This document shows, piece by piece, positions 56,246 through 64,000 of a stretch of 64,000 nucleotides of DNA. Origin of the DNA: an uncultured Actinomycetota bacterium. Its GTDB lineage: Bacteria; Actinomycetota; Thermoleophilia; RBG-16-64-13. Position 1 is the first letter of the stretch. Every line of letters starts with the position of its first letter. A program made the position numbers and the translations under genes. Location of the stretch: positions 57,788 to 121,787 of the forward strand of contig CAWJKH010000008.1 in the NCBI GenBank assembly GCA_963843515.1, read 5' to 3'. The notes beneath the pieces are model-generated. The model saw nothing but the letters and a program-made list of their open reading frames with translations. It was not told the DNA's origin and searched no databases.

Positions 56246-57938
56246 ATGGTCGGGCAGTGCGAAACCACCATCGGCCTGCCACTCGCCGTCTCGCCGGACA
56301 CCGGCCCGGCCGTGCAGCCGGTCGCCGCGGCCGAGGACAAGAGCGTCCCCGTCGCCGGCGGCATTGGGGACAAAGTGACTCCCAGGGCCAGCGGCGCGCC
56401 GCTTCTCGAAGTCGAGGGTCTCTCCGTCCACTTCGGCGGGCTGAAGGCTGTCGAGCAGGTCTCGCTCAGCGTGCCGGAGGGCGAGATCGTCGCTCTGATC
56501 GGGCCGAACGGAGCCGGCAAGACGACACTCTTCAACGCCATCAGCCGGCTGCAGAGACTCGCCGCGGGTTCCGTTCGCTTCGAACGGCCGAGACATCACC
56601 GGCGTGTCCACGGCCGACTCTGCCCGCCTCGGGATGGCACGAACCTTCCAGAACCTCCGTATCTACGTGAACATGACCGTTCTCGAGAACGTTCTGGTGG
56701 GCTGCCACCGGCACGAAAGATCCGGCTTGTGGGCCGGAGGCCTTGGTCTTCCTCACCAGCGGAGAGAAGAGAAGAGATCACGCGAGCGCGCCATGCGGGT
56801 CCTCTCCTCGTTAGGGCTCGAGGGCAGTGCCTATCTACCTGCCGCCAGCCTTCCGTACGGCTCACAGCGTCTGGTGGAGATCGCCCGTGCACTGGCATCC
56901 GAGCCGAAACTGCTGCTCCTTGACGAGCCGGCGGCCGGCATGAACGCCTCCGAGCGGGCCTACTTGGTCGAGCGGATCCGCGGCATCCGCGACTCGGGGA
57001 TCACGGTCCTTCTCGTCGAGCACGACATCGAACTGGTCATGGGTATTTCGGAGCGAGTCTACGTGCTCGACTACGGGCGGCTCATCGCGGAGGGCCGACC
57101 CGAGCAAGTACAGAACGACCCCGCAGTCATCGAGGCCTATCTCGGGGTCAAGCAAGAGCGCGGCCACGATCTATGCGAGACTCGCGATCTCACTTCGGCC
57201 GCGTGTCCCGAGCCCGAGGATCTCCTCGTAGTCGATAATCTCCGGACCGCCTATGGGTCCATCGAAGCATTGCGGGGCGTCTCGTTCACGGTTCCCAAAG
57301 GCGAGGTGGTGGCGATCCTGGGCGCCAACGGCGCCGGCAAGAGCACGCTGCTTCACACGATCTCGGGGCTCCTCCGGCCCAAGGGCGGGTCCGTGGTCTA
57401 TCAGGGCGCCGATATCACTCGGCTTTCGCCCGAGAAGATCACCGCCCGGGGGCTGTGTCAGGTGCCCGAAGGCCGCCGGCTGTTTCGCGATCTGTCGGTG
57501 CAGGACAACCTGGTGGTGGGAAGTTCGGGGAGGAGAGACTGGAAAGGCTCGCTCGAGGACGACATCGCCTACGTCTACGAGCTTTTCCCCGTCCTCGGCG
57601 AGCGCCGCAAACAGCCGGCGGGGACCCTTTCCGGAGGTGAGCAGCAGATGCTGGCCATCGGCCGGGCCCTCATCGGCAAGCCGCAACTGCTGCTCCTGGA
57701 CGAGCCTTCCATGGGTCTCGCCCCCCAGGTGGTCGAACGGATCTTCGAGGCTCTGGCTCAGCTGAACAAAGAGGGCCTCAGCATGCTGATGGTGGAGCAG
57801 AGCGCCGACATGGCGCTGTCGCTGGCGCATCGCGGGGTCGTACTCCAAACAGGGACGGTCGTCGCGAGCGGGCTGGCGGAGTCGCTCAAATCGGATGATC
57901 GCGTGCGGGCAAGCTATCTGGGTGCCGCCCGGGGCTGA
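56246..57938 (+). pseudogene. livG/livF: LivG-like and LivF-like ABC ATPases read as one continuous frame (apparent fusion), with a 1-nt insertion at about 56585 in the LivG part
   Basis: LLEVEGLSVHFGGLKAV..VSL.V.EGEIVALIGPNGAGKTT | frame change | GRDITG....ARLGMARTFQN.R....MTVLENV...LSYG.QR..EIARALA..PKLLLLDEPAAG. Then, with no stop, LLVVDNLRTAYG.IEALRGVSF.V.KGEVVAILGANGAGKST...LSGGEQQMLAIGRAL...P.LLLLDEPS.GL. Confidence 0.8.
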
Positions 57939-58008
57939 CGCGCGCTTTCAGGCAGGCAAAGGACAGGACAAAACTCGTGGTTCACAGAGAAAGAGAGGAA
58001 GAAGAGAG

Positions 58009-59340
58009 ATGAAGAAGCGGTACATGATTGCAGGTCTCCTGGCGTTACTGCTGGTCGTCGCCCTGACGGCGGTGGCTTGCGGTGGCGGAGGGACCACCAC
58101 CACCGCAGCTCCGGGCACCACGGCGGCTCCAAATACCACGGCGGCTCCCAGCACGGAGACAACGGCCGCCCCCAGCACGGAGACCACGGCCGCTCCGAGC
58201 ACGGAGACGACCACGGCCGGACCGGCCACGGGCGAACCGATCAAGATCGGGCTCTCCAACAGCCTGACCGGGACGGGCGCCGCGCCGGCCGCCTCGTTTG
58301 ACAATGGCGTCAAGCTGCAGATCGAGATGGTCAACGCCAACGGTGGTGTCAACGGCCGCCCGCTGCAACTGGTCGAGTATGACGACAAGACCGACGTGCC
58401 CACGGCGATCGCCAATCTCAACAAGTTGATCCAGGATGACAAGGTCTTCGCGACCATCGGCCCCTTCGCGCAGTTCATGCAGGAACCGGCCCGCAAGATC
58501 GCCGAGCAGACCCAGACCCCGATGGTGGGTGACGGGCCCGCCACGCTGGACCAGCTTTCGGCCACCCCCCAGTATCAATGGAGTGTCATGACCGCGGCCG
58601 GTCCGCCGCCTCAGGCCGATGCCGTCGACAAGGTGATCAAGAACAACGGTTGGAAGAACATCCTGGGGCTCGCCGACGTCCTTACCATCGACCAGGAGAC
58701 CCTCGACGTGGTCGCGAAGAACGCCTCCACCAATGGCTATACGTTCACCAAGATGGCAGACACGTTCGACCTGGCCACGACCGACTTCCAGCCCATCCTC
58801 AACAAGATGACGGCGCAGATCAAGACCCTCAAGCCTGATTCCATCGTCCTCTACGTGAACCCGATCGCGTTCCCAGCCCTCTACAAGGGTCTGCGCTCGC
58901 TGAACGTGACACAACCCATCCTCGCCGGCACGGCCTGCGCTCATCCGGCCATCTTTTCCATGGGTCCCCAGGCGGTCGAGGGTGCGTTCGTCATGGACTC
59001 CGGAGGCAACGCCAACCCGCAGGCGCTGCCGGACAGCTGGCCGACCAAGCCCATGCAGGTCGCCTTTGCCCAGGCCTATCAGGCGAAGTACAACGCGCCT
59101 CCAGACTTTTTCGCTGCCGACGGAGCCGACCTGATCAACGTGCTGGTCGCAGCAATGAAGCAGGCTGGTGCTGTGGACAAAGCCAAAGTGCAGCAAGCGC
59201 TCATCAATCTCACGAACCTGCCGACCCTAGAGGGCGCGATGACATTCACTCCCGATGCCACTTCCATGGGTATCCATGGCTCCATGGTGGAGTGGGTCGT
59301 CAAGAATGCTCAGTTCCAGTTGGTGAATACCCTCAACTAG
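58009..59340 (+). CDS. ABC transporter substrate-binding lipoprotein (LivK / Peripla_BP_6 type) with a Thr/Ala/Pro-rich tether
   Basis: Signal peptide MKKRYMIAGLLALLLVVALTAVAC (lipobox-like). Linker TTAAPSTE repeats. Then IKIGLSNSLTGTGA....F.NG..L.....N..GGVNGRPL.LV.YDD. Confidence 0.88.
   Translation: MKKRYMIAGLLALLLVVALTAVACGGGGTTTTAAPGTTAAPNTTAAPSTETTAAPSTETTAAPSTETTTAGPATGEPIKIGLSNSLTGTGAAPAASFDNGVKLQIEMVNANGGVNGRPLQLVEYDDKTDVPTAIANLNKLIQDDKVFATIGPFAQFMQEPARKIAEQTQTPMVGDGPATLDQLSATPQYQWSVMTAAGPPPQADAVDKVIKNNGWKNILGLADVLTIDQETLDVVAKNASTNGYTFTKMADTFDLATTDFQPILNKMTAQIKTLKPDSIVLYVNPIAFPALYKGLRSLNVTQPILAGTACAHPAIFSMGPQAVEGAFVMDSGGNANPQALPDSWPTKPMQVAFAQAYQAKYNAPPDFFAADGADLINVLVAAMKQAGAVDKAKVQQALINLTNLPTLEGAMTFTPDATSMGIHGSMVEWVVKNAQFQLVNTLN
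58138..58209 (+). repeat. 3 x 24-nt in-frame tandem repeat encoding (TAAPSTET)3 in the lipoprotein tether
   Basis: acggcggctcccagcacggagaca / acggccgcccccagcacggagacc / acggccgctccgagcacggagacg. Confidence 0.9.
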
Positions 59341-59459
59341 GCGGATTTTTCGGGATCGGCGGCCCTCCCCCCGGAGCCGATCCCACAACCTACGCCGGGG
59401 CTGGCGGCTGCCTGCCAGCCCCGGCAACATCCCCCGAGCAACGTCAGCAAAGGAAAGAC

Positions 59460-60716
59460 GTGGAGGACCAAGCGCGCAGGCTTTATGCGGAGCGCGAGAA
59501 GCGCTTCAATGACATCGTGGCGCTCAAGAAGCCGGACCGGGTCCCGGTCGTGCCCCAGGTGGTGCACTACTTCCCCACACGGGTCAAGGGCGTCTCCAAT
59601 AGAGACGCGGGGTATGACAATGCCCTGCGCTACCGCTGCATGAAGGAGGCCGATGTCGAGTTCGGCTGGGACTTCGCGGCACCCAGCGGAATCTTCGCGT
59701 CCGCGGGTTTCGACGCGCTTGGGATCAAGCAGGTGCGCTGGCCCGGTGGTGATCTTCCTGATGGTTCCCCCTTTCAATTCGTGGAGGGCGAGTGGCTGGC
59801 CGGCGAGGAGTACGACCAGTTCCTGGCTGATCCCAACGGCTTCTCCATGACGAAGTTGATCCCCCGGGTCGCCGGGAACCTGGCCGGCCTGGGCCTGATG
59901 CAGTTGCCGCCGCTTTATTGGTTCTCCAACTCCTACAACCTCATGGCCATCGCCGGGAACATCGTAGCCGCTCCACCGGTGCGCAAGGTGCTCGAGTCAC
60001 TGCTCGAGCTCGCCGATGCCACCGATGCCAATAATGCAGCCCTTGGTGCCCACGTCGGCGAAATGGCAGCTATGGGCTATCCCTATGGTTATGCCGCCGT
60101 GACCGTGCCGGCCTTCGACATGGTCTCCGACTTCTACCGGGGCCTCAAGGGTGGCAGCCTGGACATCTATCGCAACCCCGATAGGCTGCTGGCGGCGGTG
60201 GACCTCATGCAGCCGGTATCCATCGGTTCCGCGGTCGCGGTGGCCAAGATGAGCGGCAATCCGCGAGTGTTCATCCCCATGCACCGCGGCGCCGACAACT
60301 TCATGACCGAAGAGGCTTTCGAGAAGTTCTATTGGCCGACATTCAGGGGACTGATCGAGGCTCTTATTGCAGAGGGACTCACGCCCGCACCGCTCTTCGA
60401 GGGGGGATACAACTCCCGGCTGAAGTACCTGGCCCAGCTTCCTCCAGGCAAGATAGCTGCGCACTTCGACCACATCGACCGCCGCAAGTTCAAGGAGATG
60501 TGTGGAGATGTCATGTGCTTCTGGGGCAACGTCCCCGCGTCGCTGCTCTGCACCGCCACGCCCCAGCAGGTGAAGGATGACGTGAAGGAGCTGATCGATA
60601 TCTTCGGTGATACAGGCGCCCTCATGATAGATGGCAATCAGGGCATCCCGGACGAGGCCCGGCCGGAGAACGTCATGGCCATGCGGGAGGCCGTTGACGA
60701 GTACGGGGTGCTCTAG
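59460..60716 (+). CDS. uroporphyrinogen decarboxylase (URO-D) superfamily protein (MtaA/CmuA-like methyltransferase or decarboxylase; function unknown)
   Basis: Length and pattern (KRF.D...LKKPDRVPV..., ...FIPMHRGAD.FM..E.FEKFYWP.F..L......G..P...FEG....RL.YL..LP.G........D....K...GD..C..GNVP..LL...TP..V...VKELID) resemble URO-D family proteins. GTG 59460 is chosen because the track ORF start overlaps the binding-protein gene. Confidence 0.6.
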   Translation: MEDQARRLYAEREKRFNDIVALKKPDRVPVVPQVVHYFPTRVKGVSNRDAGYDNALRYRCMKEADVEFGWDFAAPSGIFASAGFDALGIKQVRWPGGDLPDGSPFQFVEGEWLAGEEYDQFLADPNGFSMTKLIPRVAGNLAGLGLMQLPPLYWFSNSYNLMAIAGNIVAAPPVRKVLESLLELADATDANNAALGAHVGEMAAMGYPYGYAAVTVPAFDMVSDFYRGLKGGSLDIYRNPDRLLAAVDLMQPVSIGSAVAVAKMSGNPRVFIPMHRGADNFMTEEAFEKFYWPTFRGLIEALIAEGLTPAPLFEGGYNSRLKYLAQLPPGKIAAHFDHIDRRKFKEMCGDVMCFWGNVPASLLCTATPQQVKDDVKELIDIFGDTGALMIDGNQGIPDEARPENVMAMREAVDEYGVL

Positions 60717-60840
60717 AGATGTGTGTGCAGGCACACCGCGGGGCCGACGCCTACGGGGACGATGCCATGGCGTCCGTGGCCATCGCGAAAGAAGCGGTGG
60801 GGTGAGCTAGCACCAACGATCATCCACAACAGGAGCGACG

Positions 60841-61758
60841 ATGACCAAGAAGATCATAGGCCTATCGTGCGGCCGGAAGAACGGTAACAGCGAGCACTTC
60901 CTGAAGGCCGCTCTCATGGCCGCGGAAGAGGAGGGTGTCGAATCGGAGATCATCCGGGCGATGGACTTCAAGGTGCTGCCCTGCACCTCCTGCTGGGCCT
61001 GCCTGAAGACCGGCCGCTGCGCCAAGGACGACGTCGACTGGATCCTCGAGCAGACGCTGCTGGGCGACACCGCCGTGATCGTCTCCGCTCCCGTCTATCA
61101 CCTGCGGGCATGCAGCTATCTGATGATCATCGCCGAGAAGACGAACCACCTCTTCTCCCGAAAGGCGGATATCTTCGAACGCCGCCGAGTGGGGGCGGCC
61201 ATCTCAGTGGGAGGCTCCGGCTACGACGGCTGGACCAGCCTGGGACTCACCTCCGTCAATCTCTTCCTGCAACACTTCACCACGCTCGTGGACCAAGTCC
61301 AGATAGATCACTGCGCCGCGATCGGGGCGGCTCTTACTCCCGACAACGAAGCGGCCCTAGAGCGGTCCCGGCGCCTCGGCAAGAATGTGGCGCGGGCTCT
61401 CGAGGTGCCCTTCGAAGAGTGGAAGTACGTAGGAGAAGAACCGGCCGTGTCCTGTCCGGTGTGCCACTGCAACATCATCTACATCGAAAAGGACTTCCCG
61501 GAGATCATGTGTCCCACTTGTGAGGTGCACGGCATCGTATCGGCACGAGAGGGCAAGTTCTCGGTCGCCTGGAACCCCGACGACGTACGGGAGCCGCGGT
61601 TCTCTTCGCCCAAAGAGGCTCACCACCTCGAGTGGATCATGCGGCATGAGCACCAGGAGGAACCCAAACAGATCGCGTTGCCGGAGGTCCAGGAGAAGAT
61701 CCGACTGTACAACAGCTATGGGAACGTGATCGGGCCGGAACGAGCCCGGACGAAGTAG
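60841..61758 (+). CDS. iron-sulfur flavoprotein (Isf / NADPH-dependent FMN reductase-like) with a C-terminal 4-Cys zinc-ribbon extension
   Basis: Flavodoxin-like start KIIGLSCGRKNGNSE. Compact cluster motif CTSCWACLKTGRC (CX2CX2CX5C). SAPVY. C-terminal CPVCHC...CPTC. Confidence 0.7.
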   Translation: MTKKIIGLSCGRKNGNSEHFLKAALMAAEEEGVESEIIRAMDFKVLPCTSCWACLKTGRCAKDDVDWILEQTLLGDTAVIVSAPVYHLRACSYLMIIAEKTNHLFSRKADIFERRRVGAAISVGGSGYDGWTSLGLTSVNLFLQHFTTLVDQVQIDHCAAIGAALTPDNEAALERSRRLGKNVARALEVPFEEWKYVGEEPAVSCPVCHCNIIYIEKDFPEIMCPTCEVHGIVSAREGKFSVAWNPDDVREPRFSSPKEAHHLEWIMRHEHQEEPKQIALPEVQEKIRLYNSYGNVIGPERARTK

Positions 61759-62193
61759 AGGCGAAAGGCGCGTCGCCGACGCCCTGGCCCTGCGCAAGCG
61801 CGACCGGGCGCCGGTATCGCACAGTGTACCCGGCCTCTCAGGGGGAGAGGCGGGGTTCGGGAGCGCCTACGGTCTTTTGCACCGTAGGGATTCTGGCGCC
61901 GTTCACTGCCAGCCAGCTGCCGTCCGACTATGCACGGAAGCCGCAGAAGACGGCGGATTTCGAGTGAGCACGAGAGGGCAGGCGTAGCGCTATTTGTCCC
62001 ACTTTTGCAGGCTTTTCTTGAGCACAAGCGGCCGCTCTTGACCACGAGATAACACCAGCAAGAGCGCCAAACTTTGACTTAAACACCGTAGGGCTACGCC
62101 CATGCGGGTTTGGCCCGCTTCCGGCATACGGTTGGTTGGAGTTGAGCGCTCCGTGGCCGGCTGCTACCAAGCCTTGCCGACCGGGACGTCGAT

Positions 62194-62229
62194 TCTGCTA
62201 ACGGTCTGCTAACGGCCGGTCCGTAACGG
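62194..62229. repeat. short tandem direct repeat TCTGCTAACGG x2 plus a degenerate third unit (TCCGTAACGG) in a long non-coding region
   Basis: Read directly at 62194-62204, 62205-62215 and 62220-62229. Confidence 0.85.
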
Positions 62230-62353
62230 GGCATCAGCGAGCGCAAGCCGCGTTCTTGTGAGGCCAGATAACGCCCCCGAATTGACCGGATTTGCGGCAT
62301 GGTCCGTTAGGTCGCGGAGGAGCACGGCCTTATTGGTAGTATAATCAGCCGCC

Positions 62354-62695
62354 ATGGAGGGCTGCATATTCTGTCGGATCGCCGCCGGGGAAGTCCCCGC
62401 CGACGTGGTGCTGAAAGACGAGCGATTCGTCGCTTTTCGTGACATACACCCTAAGGCCCCCCAGCACCTCCTGATCATCCCTCGAGCGCACGTGACGTCG
62501 CTCAACGACTTGGACCTATGGCACGACTGCGAGGGCCACGACCTGCTGGAGTTCATCGTCCGGGTGGCCTACGAGGCGGGTATCGCGGAGAGCGGCTACA
62601 GGGTACTCACCAATGTAGGTCCCGATGCCGGGCAGGAAGTCCTTCACATGCACTTTCATATCCTGGGCGGCCAAGACCTGGGTGATTTCCGGTGA
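62354..62695 (+). CDS. HIT family (histidine triad nucleotide-binding) protein
   Basis: CIFCRI..GE.PA..V..DE...AF.DI.P.AP.H.L.IP..H....L and the triad HMHFHILGG. Confidence 0.92.
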   Translation: MEGCIFCRIAAGEVPADVVLKDERFVAFRDIHPKAPQHLLIIPRAHVTSLNDLDLWHDCEGHDLLEFIVRVAYEAGIAESGYRVLTNVGPDAGQEVLHMHFHILGGQDLGDFR

Positions 62696-63138
62696 GCGTG
62701 CTGGCCGACGCGCAAGAGTCCATCAAGCTGGCCATGAAGGCCGGCGACAAGGACAAGGTTGCCGCGCTCCGCATGGTGGTCTGCGAGCTGCAGAACGAGG
62801 CCAAGCGCACCCGTTCCGAGCTCGACGAGAGCGCTGAACAGGCGGTGCTTCGCCGCGAGCTGAAGAAGCGCCAGGAGTCGATGGAGGCCTTCCGGGCGGG
62901 GGGACGGGAAGACCTTGCCGCGTTCGAGGAGTACGCTGCCGGCCTCATAGAGGCGATGCTGCCCCGGCAGATGGACGAGGCGGAACTCTCCGCCCTTGTC
63001 GACCGGGTCATCGCCGAGACCGGTGCTACCTCCGCCCGCGACATGGGCAAGGTCATGTCCGCCATCATAGCCCAGGGTGGGGCCCGAGTCGACGGCAAGG
63101 TGGCTTCCAGGCTGGTCAAGGAGCGTCTAGGCTGTTGA
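62692..63138 (+). CDS. yqeY: GatB/YqeY domain-containing protein
   Basis: I..AMKAGDK....ALR.V...L.NE.......L.E....VL.RE.KKR.ES...F...GR.DLA..E..E...I...LP.QM...EL..LV...I......S.RDMGKVM. Canonical position before phoH. Confidence 0.85.
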   Translation: MSVLADAQESIKLAMKAGDKDKVAALRMVVCELQNEAKRTRSELDESAEQAVLRRELKKRQESMEAFRAGGREDLAAFEEYAAGLIEAMLPRQMDEAELSALVDRVIAETGATSARDMGKVMSAIIAQGGARVDGKVASRLVKERLGC

Positions 63139-63287
63139 AAGGTGAAGCCTCGCCGCGAGAAAGTGATGGGTATGCGGGAGAGAAGGACGCAAGGAGCGCG
63201 AATAGCAGCGCTATTTAAGCGAGTGAGGACGCGCTATCCCGCCGCCCAGTGCGTTCTCGTGGCCGGGGCTTCGCTTCTCAACAGCCT
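63129..63287 (-). repeat. 159-nt structured intergenic element, copy C (inverted orientation)
   Basis: The reverse complement aligns end to end with copies A and B (AGGCTGTTGAGAAGCGAAGCCCCGGCC...CTCCTTGCGTCCTTCTCTC...CACCTTTCAACAGCCT). Its plus-strand left end overlaps the last three codons and the TGA stop of yqeY. Confidence 0.8.
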
Positions 63288-63356
63288 CGAATCCACGTGA
63301 GACGAGCCCGGCCCGACGATGGAGGGGTCGCGCAAGGTCAGAGATGGAGAGCCGGC

Positions 63357-64000
63357 GTGAGCGCCGAATACGTGACCAAGCACATCGACCTGGACAATCG
63401 CGTGGCGGCGCTGCTGGTCGGCGAGAACGACAGCCATCTACGCACGCTGGAGCAACTCCTGGACTGCGACATCAGCCTGCGCGGCAACCAGCTCAGCTTG
63501 GAGGGCACGGCCTCTGAGGTAGTGCGCGGCGAGGCCCTCATCAACGAGATGCTCGCGCTGCTGCGGTCCGGGCAGAGCCTCGACCGGGCCACGCTCGAGC
63601 TGGCCGCCTCTCTGAGCGCGGCCCAGGGCGATTGGGCCGGCGATCTCAGCAAGATCGTGAGCGACGTCATCCTCGAGCATCGCGGCCGTCGCATCCGCCC
63701 CAAGACCAAGAACCAGAAGGCCTACGTCGATGCTATCCGTACCAACACCATCACCTTCGGCATCGGTCCGGCCGGCACCGGCAAGACCTACCTGGCGATG
63801 GCCATGGCCACAGCGGCCTTCCTCTCGGGCGACGTGGCCCGCATCATTCTCACCCGGCCGGCGGTGGAGGCCGGGGAGAAGTTGGGTTTCTTGCCGGGGG
63901 GGTTGATGGAGAAGGTGGATCCCTACCTCCGCCCCCTCTTCGACGCTCTCTACGACATGATGGACAGCGAACGGCTTACCGAGCATCTTCAGCGGGGCAC
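63357..64000 (+). CDS. phoH: PhoH-like ATPase (PhoH/YbeZ), 3' end cut by window edge
   Basis: IRPKT.NQK.YVDAI..N.I.FGIGPAGTGKTYLAMA.A......G.V.RIILTRPAVEAGEKLGFLPG.L.EKVDPYLRPL.DAL.DM. GTG 63357 is the only in-frame start I can see. Confidence 0.9.
   Translation, partial: MSAEYVTKHIDLDNRVAALLVGENDSHLRTLEQLLDCDISLRGNQLSLEGTASEVVRGEALINEMLALLRSGQSLDRATLELAASLSAAQGDWAGDLSKIVSDVILEHRGRRIRPKTKNQKAYVDAIRTNTITFGIGPAGTGKTYLAMAMATAAFLSGDVARIILTRPAVEAGEKLGFLPGGLMEKVDPYLRPLFDALYDMMDSERLTEHLQRG

Noticed and set aside
58138-58209. Regularly spaced direct repeats that might suggest a CRISPR-like array (also 21935-22006)
   Set aside because: The repeats are contiguous with no spacers, in frame, and lie inside coding regions (a Thr/Ala/Pro tether and an acidic repeat protein). 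No cas genes are present.
61950-62010. Possible fourth, degenerate copy of the 159-nt element (GAGTGAGCACGAGAGGGCAGGCGTAGCGCTATTTGTCCCAC resembles the central part in minus orientation)
   Set aside because: Similarity is patchy. The termini AGGCTGYTG / CARCAGCCT and the CCTTCTCTC core are missing. I cannot distinguish it from chance by eye.
61759-62353. Possible RNase P RNA, tmRNA, 6S RNA or tRNA in the long spacer
   Set aside because: I could not find GGAAAGTCCGG (RNase P CR-I), a tRNA-like GGTTCGA T-arm with an acceptor end, a tmRNA 5' GGGGCTGA / 3' CCACCA end, or a long bulged hairpin typical of 6S. The region stays unassigned rather than called.

Overview
GC-rich bacterial chromosomal segment made almost entirely of core housekeeping operons, in a Gram-positive (Bacillota-like) gene order. 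In order: the tail of the ribosomal-protein cluster (adk-map-infA-rpmJ-rpsM-rpsK-rpsD-rpoA-rplQ-truA ... rplM-rpsI); glmS; an acpS-nnr fusion; cca; rpmE-thyX-DUF1385-prfA-prmC/tsaC-glyA-dCMP deaminase; a complete F1Fo ATP synthase operon; murA; an LCP protein; ahcY-mtnA; comF-hpf-secA-prfB-ftsEX-S41 protease-rsmE; HIT-yqeY-phoH. Two TetR-associated accessory cassettes interrupt this backbone. (1) 5.9-13.0 kb: a radical SAM gene, two tandem paralogous pyrogallol-hydroxytransferase-like (AthL-type) molybdoenzyme genes, and TetR, inserted between truA and rplM. (2) 53.5-61.8 kb: TetR, a Liv-type ABC importer, a URO-D-like enzyme and an Isf-type Fe-S flavoprotein. I recognise no rRNA, tRNA, CRISPR, transposase, integrase, phage or known defence genes. 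Three things stand out. (i) Three copies of an exactly 159-nt intergenic element with covarying stems and an invariant pyrimidine-rich core; I cannot assign it to a known family. (ii) The beta-subunit-less tandem AthL-like pair with palindromic operator-like sites. (iii) At least 18 single-nucleotide frame disruptions in otherwise conserved genes (16 look like 1-nt insertions), 12 of them in the 5' half of secA. One of these makes the 1748-aa ORF in the track an artefactual fusion of two genes. Assembly or consensus error is the most likely cause and needs read-level checking. All family assignments rest on motif recognition by eye; no searches were run.
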